A stretch of DNA of 35,617 nucleotides from a virus (IMGVR_UViG_3300033076_000376:1-35617), one strand, 5' to 3'. Shown: positions 1-7,947, numbered from the stretch's first letter. Program-made: numbers and translations. Notes: generated by a model not told the origin, from the letters alone.

Positions 1-662
1 GGGGTACCGTATGGGCGAATCTGGGCATAACTGAATTCCCAACGTGGCTGGTCTGGCTTCAGGTATGAGTTAATCAGTGCGCTTGTAGACTCAGCCCAAC
101 CTTCACGGGTGTCTGGGATGTCGTATGTCTGCACAGCAGTTGGGGCATAAATGTCAAACCCCTTGTCCGCACCCTTGTCATCAAACCCGACACCAACACC
201 CAGCATCGAGGCTTCCATTAGGAATCCGAATGGCTTTGCTGGATTGTTCTTGGTCATCTCGTTAGTTGAGACGAATGCACAGTTCTGCAATGCTGCCGAG
301 TTCTTCTGTACATTTACAATGTCGGTTCCCATAACCCAAAGTCCACGACCTGGAGGAGTCCACTTAAGGTTGAAGAGGCGGTCAAACGCCTCCTTTGCTG
401 AGGCTGCTGCCTTAGCGTCAGACCATGGCAGACGATTCTGCTTTGCGTGGTCTTTCTGGAGTGAGTACATACCGTTGATTACACGCTCACATACTTCAGC
501 CCAAGTCTCCTTGGTGCCGTCATCCTTCTTACGGGAGTATGTGCGGAGGAACGTAATTTCGCCAACCGAGTTTCCTGCAACGTCAGCGTAACCAAACGGG
601 GCCTTCTTGTCCTTATACGAGGATACAAATTCTTCCGCTAAACGGAATGTGAACATAGTCAT
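1..662 (-). CDS. nrdJ: Class II (adenosylcobalamin-dependent, monomeric RTPR-type) ribonucleotide reductase, N-terminal part; runs off the left edge
   Basis: Not in the ORF track. Manual translation from ATG 662 gives MTMFTFRLAEEF...GEITFLRTYSRKKDDGTKETWAEVCERVING...KWTPPGRGLWVMG...AALQNCAFVS...FLMEASMLGVGVGFD, all hallmark RTPR motifs. Confidence 0.93.
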   Translation of the reverse strand, partial: MTMFTFRLAEEFVSSYKDKKAPFGYADVAGNSVGEITFLRTYSRKKDDGTKETWAEVCERVINGMYSLQKDHAKQNRLPWSDAKAAASAKEAFDRLFNLKWTPPGRGLWVMGTDIVNVQKNSAALQNCAFVSTNEMTKNNPAKPFGFLMEASMLGVGVGFDDKGADKGFDIYAPTAVQTYDIPDTREGWAESTSALINSYLKPDQPRWEFSYAQIRPYGT

Positions 663-727
663 AGACCACCATTTCTAGTTTTGAGTAAATACCCCCGATT
701 GGGGGGACTTCTATTGTGTGCTATTTG

Positions 728-757
728 AGCCTACAACGGTTCTACTAACTTCGTCAA
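728..757 (-). promoter_or_regulatory. SigA-type promoter for nrdJ
   Basis: Minus strand TTGACG-N18-TAGGCT about 65 nt upstream of the nrdJ ATG; a CCCCC/GGGGG leader hairpin follows (about 691-706). Confidence 0.6.
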
Positions 758-804
758 ATCGCAAATACTCTGACTAATTTTGGAGACTATAACGTTCCAA
801 GGAA

Positions 805-826
805 TAATAGACGCTGTTATCTACTA
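805..826 (-). terminator. Weak hairpin immediately after the stop of the 500-aa gene
   Basis: Minus strand TAGTAGA-taacagcg-TCTATTA; AU-rich stem with a poor U-tract. Confidence 0.3.
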
Positions 827-2329
827 TTACTTCTCTAATGATTCGTGAATAATCATGGTGGTTTTTTCTTCAGAAAGTGGTTTTTCCATCTCTCGAAGCG
901 CAGTTGCACGGTCACCAAAAATGGCTGATAGAACTCCACCCGATGCTTGACGCTCAGCAGTAATTGTGATGCGCTCTTTGTTCTGGTCTAGCTCATGAAC
1001 TGACTTAACCAATTTCAACAAACGGTCAACTTCTTGAGAGGTATTTGGGTCAGCGTATCCACCATTCAATTCCTCTGCAAACCGCATGAATGCTACTCTC
1101 TGGCCCTGCATTTCAATAATTGAAGTGAGCAGTGACTTGAGTTGGTCTTTAGTTCTAACCTCAATTGGGAGGTTAAATGCACAGGTGTTTGAGGGCTTAA
1201 ATGCAGGGCAATTTGCTGCTACAAAACAGGTATCACACTGTCGTAATGAGGACGCATTTGTCTGTACAACAGGTACTTGCTTGAGCACATCTCGACCATC
1301 TTCGGTCTCAATAATGGTCTTAACTTCATACCCAAAAACAGGCATAGAAGTGACTTCTTGAGGGTCTCTTTGTACCAATTCTGTCGGTTCGTTTTTCCGC
1401 ATCTCGACATCACTGTTACCAGAAAGGTATGCACCCATTTCCATCAAACCTGTGTATAGGGTGTCATCACTGTTATCAGATACTACTGGCTTCTTGCCGC
1501 CCTGCACTACCTTTAGGTCTGGTTTTTCTTTATCCATAGTATTTGCCTCTAACTGTAAATACGACCAAATTGCGAGGCGAGTTGCCTCCAATGTGTCATC
1601 TTCAATAAACTTCTTAAAATCTAGACCCGCACGCTCTACAATGTTCTTGTATCTAGGTCTGGCTTGTGCCTTCATGCTCTTCGGATAGCGAACTAACTTA
1701 CCGCCATCCCACACAATTGTCTCCCCACGACGCATCGGAGAGAGCCACGAAAGTGTGCTAGAGGTGCTAAAAGGAATCTGCCGCAAGTTGTCTGGCTTGG
1801 CTGTAGCGAGGGCGTGGAACCTCACTGGGTGTTTCTGTGTAAGTTGCCGTGTGATGCCTGCCAGGGACGTCACAGCCTCTATAGCTTCCCCAGGAATGGC
1901 TATGTTACGGTACTCTTCTGCCCATCTTTGTAGGAGCATGGTGTTATACGACTCATGCCAAACTACCCACAGTTTAGGGTCGTTATCGTACACTGAACGG
2001 TTCTGAATGATTGCTGGCAATCCCAGTACTTGACTATCGAACTCAGTAAATCCTTCAATGCGGTCATAATTGAACGCAATAAACTCTTCATAATCAGCGC
2101 AATACTCCTCAAGTTCACGCTTAGATAGGTTCGCTTTATCTGCCTGCGTTGCACCAGAATCTACCCAGACCCTCATGTCGGCTCGAAAATGTTCTGCAAT
2201 CAGGTATTGTTTAGTCTTAGGCAACCCACGCTTACGGAGCCCCCAGTAGTTCAACATGACATTTTGAACACCGTTTCGCTCCAATAGTGTTCGGTTACTA
2301 GGTATTTCTACGCCATTGAAAATAATCAC
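827..2329 (-). CDS. TGT/DpdA (queuine tRNA-ribosyltransferase-like) TIM-barrel protein fused to a C-terminal Cys4 plus helical domain
   Basis: Ordered TGT/DpdA-like motifs WVDSGA (D57), FTEFD (D98), VVWH (H125), IAIPG, RFHALA, PFSTSSTLSWL..RRG; C-terminal CDTC-x5-C-x8-C followed by long helices ending GGVLSAIFG. Confidence 0.65.
   Translation of the reverse strand: MIIFNGVEIPSNRTLLERNGVQNVMLNYWGLRKRGLPKTKQYLIAEHFRADMRVWVDSGATQADKANLSKRELEEYCADYEEFIAFNYDRIEGFTEFDSQVLGLPAIIQNRSVYDNDPKLWVVWHESYNTMLLQRWAEEYRNIAIPGEAIEAVTSLAGITRQLTQKHPVRFHALATAKPDNLRQIPFSTSSTLSWLSPMRRGETIVWDGGKLVRYPKSMKAQARPRYKNIVERAGLDFKKFIEDDTLEATRLAIWSYLQLEANTMDKEKPDLKVVQGGKKPVVSDNSDDTLYTGLMEMGAYLSGNSDVEMRKNEPTELVQRDPQEVTSMPVFGYEVKTIIETEDGRDVLKQVPVVQTNASSLRQCDTCFVAANCPAFKPSNTCAFNLPIEVRTKDQLKSLLTSIIEMQGQRVAFMRFAEELNGGYADPNTSQEVDRLLKLVKSVHELDQNKERITITAERQASGGVLSAIFGDRATALREMEKPLSEEKTTMIIHESLEK
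1408..1480. repeat. 16-bp direct repeat CATCACTGTTAYCAGA, two copies 57 bp apart, in the interdomain linker
   Basis: catcactgttaccaga at 1408-1423 and catcactgttatcaga at 1465-1480; the core ctgttatc also occurs at 814-821. Confidence 0.7.
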
Positions 2330-2814
2330 TCGAAGTTCAACGCCTCAGTACGGCTCAAACGAGCATCCTGCGTCAATGCGGTGTTTTGACGCTCTACGGC
2401 TTCTTGAATCTGGTCCCATGAACGAATCTTTTTAGGGGCATCAGGGCGAAACTCAGGTCTCAAATAGGCTGGCTGACCAAACATCATGCTAGGAATACCC
2501 TGCTCAAATGCAAATGCCCAGGTTGATGGGTTGGCAGTAATCAGCAGGTCGATGTGGCGATAGGCACGGGCTGAGGTAATCTGACGGTGCACAAGCTCTT
2601 CGCCATCTAGATTGAATGATGAATCCAGCAAGTGGTCGTAATCCACTACCTTATTGACATCCAACCATTGACGAACCTCTGCTGGCTTCATGGATGTGAA
2701 AAAACTAATCTGGTTGTACGCACTCAACTGAGCGATTAGTAGCAGACCATTGGTAATAGGCTCATCATTACGATGTCCCTTTAATACCCCATCTAGTTCT
2801 ACGAGTATGTGCAT
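2326..2814 (-). CDS. HAD-superfamily-like protein with variant motif I
   Basis: N-terminal ILVELDGVL matches HAD DxDG(V/T)L with the first Asp replaced by Glu; FFTS at the motif II position; WLDVN..DYD as in PNKP/5'-nucleotidase-like HADs. Confidence 0.6.
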   Translation of the reverse strand: MHILVELDGVLKGHRNDEPITNGLLLIAQLSAYNQISFFTSMKPAEVRQWLDVNKVVDYDHLLDSSFNLDGEELVHRQITSARAYRHIDLLITANPSTWAFAFEQGIPSMMFGQPAYLRPEFRPDAPKKIRSWDQIQEAVERQNTALTQDARLSRTEALNFE

Positions 2815-2820
2815 TTCTTC

Positions 2821-2919
2821 CTATTGTGCTTCGTAACAATCGCATTTGCAGGTATCCACTATACAAATTTCTTGGTACAGTTCATGCCCACAAATACGGC
2901 AAGTATCAAGTAGTGACAC
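2821..2919 (-). CDS. 32-aa Cys-rich microprotein (putative metal-binding)
   Basis: Not in the ORF track. GTG start overlaps the upstream TAG (TAGTG); MSLLDTCRICGHELYQEICIVDTCKCDCYEAQ; fills the gap between NTase and HAD almost exactly. Confidence 0.6.
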   Translation of the reverse strand: MSLLDTCRICGHELYQEICIVDTCKCDCYEAQ

Positions 2920-3812
2920 TATTTTCTTCCGTATAGAGCTGCCCTACGAATTAGTGTCCCTGCATCAGGCAACTCTACTCCGTAGGTATTGGTGGTTGTG
3001 TGCTTAACTAACTCCTGTGCGTATTCACGCATAGTTCGAAGCATTCCAATAGTTCCGTTACGCTTTCCAGCTTGCCAACGGTAATTGTGGAAATCGTTGT
3101 ATCCCTCACCAGCAGGGGAGAATGCAATTGAACGGTTTTGGTGAATCTCATCAAACAAGGCGTTGCCCTGCTGAGATGCGGCAGCTAGTCGTGCCTCAGC
3201 ATTTCTTCGAGTGGCTTCTCCATGTGCCATTTGCACGTCCTGCATGGCGGCATTAAATCGAGTAGTTGCTTGGTGTGCTGCAGCATAGTCGGAGTTTGCT
3301 ACACTTTCCCATTCTGGGTTACGCTTTGGGGACAATGACTTATCAGGGTGCACTGTCCACTCGTCGTACTTCAAATCGTATGCAGCGTATGGCTTGATGA
3401 CCCTAATGTCCGTGGCAGATGGGTTCACGTAAAATGTAAGTTCATACCCATTCCAGTTTTCAGTGGTAGGCTGCAACTCGGTGCGGAATCCGTCGTTAAG
3501 CTCTTCTGCAATGTCTCGGTCGCTCAACCCGCTGTAGGCTGGGTTAGCCTTACGAAACTGTACAAAATCTACACCAACTAGACAGTCTAGGTCTCCAGGC
3601 TGTCTGCTGGCTTCCCATTGGTATGAAACGCCAGAACCAGCCAACCATGGTCTTGACCACAGTTCGGCATGTTGGTAAGTACGATTTAGGTAATCGTTTA
3701 GCAGATGAACAATTCCCTGACGTACCCACGATTGCATGGTGCGACCCTGAAACAACTTAGGGTCAAGTTGCTCAGAAGGCTCACTAAAATAGGACGTCGG
3801 GTTATTAGTCAT
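2919..3812 (-). CDS. Pol beta-superfamily nucleotidyltransferase (phage type)
   Basis: WLAGSGVSYQW...GDLDCLV (GS plus DxD), third acidic residue in ELTFYV, AAYDL..DEW...P, helical C-terminus. Confidence 0.8.
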   Translation of the reverse strand: MTNNPTSYFSEPSEQLDPKLFQGRTMQSWVRQGIVHLLNDYLNRTYQHAELWSRPWLAGSGVSYQWEASRQPGDLDCLVGVDFVQFRKANPAYSGLSDRDIAEELNDGFRTELQPTTENWNGYELTFYVNPSATDIRVIKPYAAYDLKYDEWTVHPDKSLSPKRNPEWESVANSDYAAAHQATTRFNAAMQDVQMAHGEATRRNAEARLAAASQQGNALFDEIHQNRSIAFSPAGEGYNDFHNYRWQAGKRNGTIGMLRTMREYAQELVKHTTTNTYGVELPDAGTLIRRAALYGRK

Positions 3813-3824
3813 ACGACTAGTTTA
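3813..3824 (-). promoter_or_regulatory. Putative leaderless promoter (-10 TAAACT, 6 nt before ATG)
   Basis: TAA-TAAACT-agtcgt-ATG with no Shine-Dalgarno. Confidence 0.5.
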
Positions 3825-4115
3825 TTAGTTTGTTGCTGTAGTCTCTGGCTTAATGCCACGCTCATTTAGGGCGTCAGCCATGATGTTGGCAACATTCTGT
3901 GGGGCTGGTGCCAAACGAGCTAGGACTGCTCCTGAAACACGGTCTGCTAGGAACGATGCCTCCATCTCTCGAACAATGTCACGTAGAGTGGTGTACACCT
4001 CATAAGTGGTTGCCTTGTGGTTAGAAGTAGGGATTTCCTCTGGCAACTCAGCGTACGTAGTAAATGTACCGTCTGAGTTAACGGTTACTAGGAACATAGT
4101 TTCAACGTTTGCCAT
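3825..4115 (-). CDS. Hypothetical protein
   Basis: ORF track 3825..4160; start moved to MANVET (ATG 4115) behind an AGGAG RBS. Confidence 0.75.
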   Translation of the reverse strand: MANVETMFLVTVNSDGTFTTYAELPEEIPTSNHKATTYEVYTTLRDIVREMEASFLADRVSGAVLARLAPAPQNVANIMADALNERGIKPETTATN

Positions 4116-4284
4116 TTTTCTTCTCCTGCAATTCACGCATAATGCGCTGTAGTGCGACAACGTCCTTGTGGACCTGGTCGTCTTCCTTAATGTGTACAGC
4201 TAGTTTAGTGATAATAAAAATTAGTAGAACTGTGATTGCGGTAACATAACCTGCAATTAGCCATAGGGCGATTGTTGGTGTCAT
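4102..4284 (-). CDS. Small single-pass membrane protein
   Basis: Hydrophobic IALWLIAGYVTAITVLLIFII followed by a charged coiled tail; TAATG coupling. Confidence 0.7.
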   Translation of the reverse strand: MTPTIALWLIAGYVTAITVLLIFIITKLAVHIKEDDQVHKDVVALQRIMRELQEKKNGKR

Positions 4285-4853
4285 TAGTTATACATTCCCA
4301 TAATTCGACGTTTACGCTGAACAACCTCACCGTGATACGGGCAGAAATTGCATACGTAAATTTTAGGGCCATCAAGGTGCTCAGGTTTTGGCAAACCTAG
4401 TTCACCACGTTCCTTAGCAGTATCTGGCAACAGACGTTTTGACGGCTTTTGGTAATCATCGCAGTCATTCTTAGGTTGGTTGTGGCGTTGCCAGCATTCC
4501 ATGGCATCATTAGCAAACGTCATCTTGGTTTCATAGAATGACTTATCAGGGTCCAGGTCATCTAGACCCTTTGAACCACCTTTACCGAGTTGCTCTAGAA
4601 CAGCTTTACGCTCATCAGGATTTGCCCAGGTCTTTACTGGAACCTTAAACAACTTACCCACGTGCGGGTCTCCAGAAGGAAACTTGTGCTTTTCCAAAGA
4701 AATCTCTAGGAGATAGTCACGGTCTGATGGACCTTCATAGTCAGGCAGCTCTTCCCATGTTTCACAAACGAAACAACGAAGTAGGCGAATAATCGGTCCT
4801 TCGACTGGCTTAGACCCAATCAACGGCTTACCGTTTACGTCTTGCAAACTCAT
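4284..4853 (-). CDS. Hypothetical protein with Cys/His zinc ligands
   Basis: CFVC...H...H, C...H...C, CNFCPYH; strong AAGGAG RBS. Confidence 0.8.
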   Translation of the reverse strand: MSLQDVNGKPLIGSKPVEGPIIRLLRCFVCETWEELPDYEGPSDRDYLLEISLEKHKFPSGDPHVGKLFKVPVKTWANPDERKAVLEQLGKGGSKGLDDLDPDKSFYETKMTFANDAMECWQRHNQPKNDCDDYQKPSKRLLPDTAKERGELGLPKPEHLDGPKIYVCNFCPYHGEVVQRKRRIMGMYN

Positions 4854-4889
4854 GTAGTGCTCCTTATTTAGTAGTACTCATCATAATAC

Positions 4890-4917
4890 AAAAAACCTCC
4901 CCGTAGGGAGGCTTTTT
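4890..4917. terminator. Bidirectional intrinsic terminator
   Basis: aaaaaa-CCTCCC-cgta-GGGAGG-c-ttttt; T-tracts on both strands. Confidence 0.85.
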
Positions 4918-4961
4918 GCCCAAGGTAGCGAAATTACTTGGGGGCCCGATTTAACGGGAAC

Positions 4962-5168
4962 TTACTTACCTGGGTTGACCTTATTAGGGAACTCAGATGT
5001 TGCAAAACCATAACCCCAGAATGGGTTAAGAGTCTGACGGTTGTCAGTGGTCTTTTCGTTACCTTCGATGTCTAGGACTTCGGTGTCTGGGCGGACCTTG
5101 CGGTACTTACCGTCGGTTGCACCCTCTTCAAGGCTTGCGTTCATTGAACGTGAGGTGTTAACTGCCAT
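4962..5168 (-). CDS. Hypothetical protein (possible virion component)
   Basis: 68-aa ORF, TAATG-coupled, last gene before the terminator. Confidence 0.8.
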   Translation of the reverse strand: MAVNTSRSMNASLEEGATDGKYRKVRPDTEVLDIEGNEKTTDNRQTLNPFWGYGFATSEFPNKVNPGK

Positions 5169-5425
5169 TAGTGAGCCTTACCTTTCGAAATGTGTGCATT
5201 TAGGTAACCCATGGTTGCCTGCATGTCACCAGTATCTACTGAACCGTGTGGACCACGGTGAAGGTCTGCAAAATCCTCAAAAGCGTCGTCAACTGCTCGT
5301 TGAGTGCCTTCTGATGGGTTAGCTTCGTGAGCTGACTTTGCTGCAAGCAGGTTCTTGTATGAGTTTGCCTTAGTAGCAAGGTCAAGCATGTCCTTAGGAC
5401 CCTTACGGTCTGCGTTTGTAATCAT
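5168..5425 (-). CDS. Hypothetical protein, Ala/His-rich helical
   Basis: 85-aa ORF abutting both neighbours; GAAAGA RBS-like sequence. Confidence 0.75.
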   Translation of the reverse strand: MITNADRKGPKDMLDLATKANSYKNLLAAKSAHEANPSEGTQRAVDDAFEDFADLHRGPHGSVDTGDMQATMGYLNAHISKGKAH

Positions 5426-5626
5426 TTATGCCATCTTTCCTTTCACACGTCGGTTCAATCGGTCCTGGTAGCAAGGAGGGCATAGTCCCTTGCTGTACAT
5501 GAACTCGACTGGGTTCATAATCACTCCGCACTGTGGGCAGGGATTTGAACCTTTATACAGAGTAGCATTTTCAGCAATTTTCCATGCCTGCAACTCTAAA
5601 GTTTCTGCTCCATCGCCATTAAACAT
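5426..5626 (-). CDS. Small zinc-finger protein
   Basis: CPQC-x13-CPPC; TAATG coupling. Confidence 0.75.
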   Translation of the reverse strand: MFNGDGAETLELQAWKIAENATLYKGSNPCPQCGVIMNPVEFMYSKGLCPPCYQDRLNRRVKGKMA

Positions 5627-5817
5627 TAGGCTAGGTCCTCTCGAATAGCTCTGGTTTTTGCAGCACTACGAGTACGTGCTCGTTTATCTGCTGGGTTTTG
5701 TTGTGCACCTGTTTTAATCTTTCCTGAAGACTCAAATAGTGCAGCACGCTCAGCTTTTAATCTGGCAGCATTAACATCTATTTGCATTTTCTTTGATGCA
5801 CGGTTAGGCACGGTCAT
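5626..5817 (-). CDS. Small basic hypothetical protein
   Basis: 63 aa, Arg/Lys/Ala-rich, TAATG overlaps at both ends. Confidence 0.7.
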   Translation of the reverse strand: MTVPNRASKKMQIDVNAARLKAERAALFESSGKIKTGAQQNPADKRARTRSAAKTRAIREDLA

Positions 5818-6857
5818 TACTGCCCTACTTTTTCCTTGTACTCGCTAAGGTGCTTTCCTGCTTCAAGAATTGCATCTTGACCGATAGTGCTCTTGATGCC
5901 AGCATTGGTGGCAGCACCCTGAGCAATTGAAGCTGCACGCATAATGTGGCCTGCTGCATTTGTGAAGTGCTTTACTGCATCCTCTGTACGACCAAGGCTA
6001 TTTGCTTTAGCAGATACGGCTAGCGATTCACGTGCGCTGCGAGTAGATTCTGCAATCGGGTCGGTGCTCTTTACTCCACCCACATTTTGAGTGTGATGCT
6101 CCATGACTCTCTTAGCTAGGTCTTCCATAGCTTCGTGGTGCTCATTAGTTGGTACAGTAGCAATTGGGCTACGGCTAGCTTCTGGATAGTTGGCACGACT
6201 AACATTCATCTCAGCAAAGTTAGACCACTTACCCGTAGAAGGGTGACGGTCAATCTTAGGCTCAATAAGCACTCCAAGCTTGTCGAATACCTGCTTGTGA
6301 GCTGGTGTTGGGAATGCTCGCTGCTCAATAGCGGCTTTAATTGGGCGATTACGCTTAGCAACTGCTTCTTCTGGACGAGCAGAGTCTTCAGCAGTGTTAA
6401 CTACTTCACCTGCCATAGTACGTGGAAGCTTGGCTACGTGGTCTGAGATTGCCTTACGGCCTCCAGCTGAGTTCTGCCATGCTGCACGAGATGCGTCATC
6501 CATTTCGTGCCAACCTGGAAGTGATGAGGCATTAGGTCTTTTTGCTCTTTCAGCTTCGTAAATCTTGCCGTGAGTCTCCGCATTGAGAGCACCGTACTTA
6601 GGTCTGTCATCACGGGCTCCGCTACCTGCACTGGCGTTCATTCCAGCTGCAGCAGTCTTGGCTCGTGCCTTTCGGTCAGCCTCTTCATCACTAGAACGCA
6701 TTAGGTCCTCAGTAGATGCTCCAGTACCGTAATCCATACCGTACTCATGAATGTTTTCGCTGGTGTCTTCTTCTCTTTCATGAGCATCTACGTCATGATA
6801 CGAAGCAGGCTCTACTACACTGCTTTCTACATCCCAGTTTTCTTTGCCTCTACTCAT
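5817..6857 (-). CDS. Hypothetical protein, disordered acidic N-terminus plus His/Ala helical C-terminal domain
   Basis: 346-aa ORF, TGATG coupling; KHFTNAAGHIMRAA-type helices. Confidence 0.8.
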   Translation of the reverse strand: MSRGKENWDVESSVVEPASYHDVDAHEREEDTSENIHEYGMDYGTGASTEDLMRSSDEEADRKARAKTAAAGMNASAGSGARDDRPKYGALNAETHGKIYEAERAKRPNASSLPGWHEMDDASRAAWQNSAGGRKAISDHVAKLPRTMAGEVVNTAEDSARPEEAVAKRNRPIKAAIEQRAFPTPAHKQVFDKLGVLIEPKIDRHPSTGKWSNFAEMNVSRANYPEASRSPIATVPTNEHHEAMEDLAKRVMEHHTQNVGGVKSTDPIAESTRSARESLAVSAKANSLGRTEDAVKHFTNAAGHIMRAASIAQGAATNAGIKSTIGQDAILEAGKHLSEYKEKVGQ

Positions 6858-7591
6858 CAGGCATCTCCCTTTGCGGTCTTGGCTGCACGCTTCATCGATG
6901 CAGGGTAAATCTTCTTTTGGAAAAATGCGTCTGGAGATGTGTACCCACCAAAAGCGCCACCATGCTTATAGGTTTTTTCACCTTCAGCGTTCTTAATTGG
7001 CTTGTCACGCTCAGTATCTACAGACATCTGCTCACCACGATACTTGCTATTGACTCCGACAGACCACAAGTTGTTCTTCTCGTCAGTCTTAAACAGCTTT
7101 GCAGGCTGATACGCCTTACCGTAGTTTCCGATAGACTCAAGTGCTTTACCAATTGCTGCATGTACGTGAGGTGCCTCTGAGGAACCCAGCTGTTCTCGCA
7201 TTGAACCTAGAGCACCAGAAACCTCTTTAAGATGTGCACCAACTTTACTCATCTGCTCTTCATGAGAAGCATTCTGAGTGGTATTGTGGGCTGACACGGC
7301 ATTTGCGAGATGCATACCTGCCAACATTGCAAATCCAGAGGCGGCTGGGTTAACGTGCTGAGCCAAATCCGATGCACTATTTACATGTGAAATTGCGTCC
7401 TGAAGGTGCTGATGAGCTGCTTCGGCTACCTTAGGGTTGTAAGTTGTCTCAGCGTTAAGCTGGTCAGTCCAAGCCTGAGCTCCGCCCTTGCCTTCCAAAG
7501 GCAGATTGGCGAGGTGTCTTGGTACGTTGTTACCTTCGTTACCTTCAAGGCCTTTAGCAGTTTTGTTACCCGAATTCTTATTACCAGCCAT
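6857..7591 (-). CDS. Hypothetical protein, His/Ala-rich helices
   Basis: 244-aa ORF; AHQHLQDAISHV, AGMHLANAVSAH, GAHLKEV. Confidence 0.8.
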   Translation of the reverse strand: MAGNKNSGNKTAKGLEGNEGNNVPRHLANLPLEGKGGAQAWTDQLNAETTYNPKVAEAAHQHLQDAISHVNSASDLAQHVNPAASGFAMLAGMHLANAVSAHNTTQNASHEEQMSKVGAHLKEVSGALGSMREQLGSSEAPHVHAAIGKALESIGNYGKAYQPAKLFKTDEKNNLWSVGVNSKYRGEQMSVDTERDKPIKNAEGEKTYKHGGAFGGYTSPDAFFQKKIYPASMKRAAKTAKGDA

Positions 7592-7947
7592 TAGTCACTT
7601 CCTAAACTATTTCTACTGCTACCAGAATACCCTGCGACGCTTCCTGAGTACCAGGAAACTCGTGGCTCTGCGTATACACGGTCAATACTAACCACATCAT
7701 CAATGCCAGGCTGACTACGGTCTCCCCAACCAAAACGGTCAGGGAATAAACGAATCTGGGGAAGATTTGGGCGAACTAACTGCTGTAATTGAGCACCAGG
7801 AATAAGTGCAACAGACAGTGCCTGCTGTGTTAGGCGCTCTTCATTAGAAGACCATGGGCCGTTATAGCTATAAACGCTGGGGGTCGAGCCTCCTGGCCCA
7901 TCCCACGGTTTAGTCTGGTCATACTGACCATTTACATGTTGGGTCAC
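7591..7947 (-). CDS. Hypothetical protein
   Basis: 118-aa ORF, Gly/Ser/Pro-rich, overlaps both neighbours. Confidence 0.75.
   Translation of the reverse strand: MTQHVNGQYDQTKPWDGPGGSTPSVYSYNGPWSSNEERLTQQALSVALIPGAQLQQLVRPNLPQIRLFPDRFGWGDRSQPGIDDVVSIDRVYAEPRVSWYSGSVAGYSGSSRNSLGSD

Noticed and set aside
151-591. 146-aa plus-strand ORF, and all other plus-strand ORFs in the track
   Set aside because: Antisense shadows of well-supported minus-strand genes (here nrdJ), with no recognisable motifs.
663-826. Cobalamin riboswitch or NrdR box upstream of the B12-dependent RNR
   Set aside because: The leader after the predicted promoter is only about 60 nt with no B12-box or GCCACTG core. ACACAATAGAAGT only partly matches the NrdR consensus and is not tandem.
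827-2329. Complete 7-deazaguanine DNA modification pathway
   Set aside because: No folE/queCDE in the window and the nucleophile Asp appears absent; cannot be excluded for the rest of the genome.
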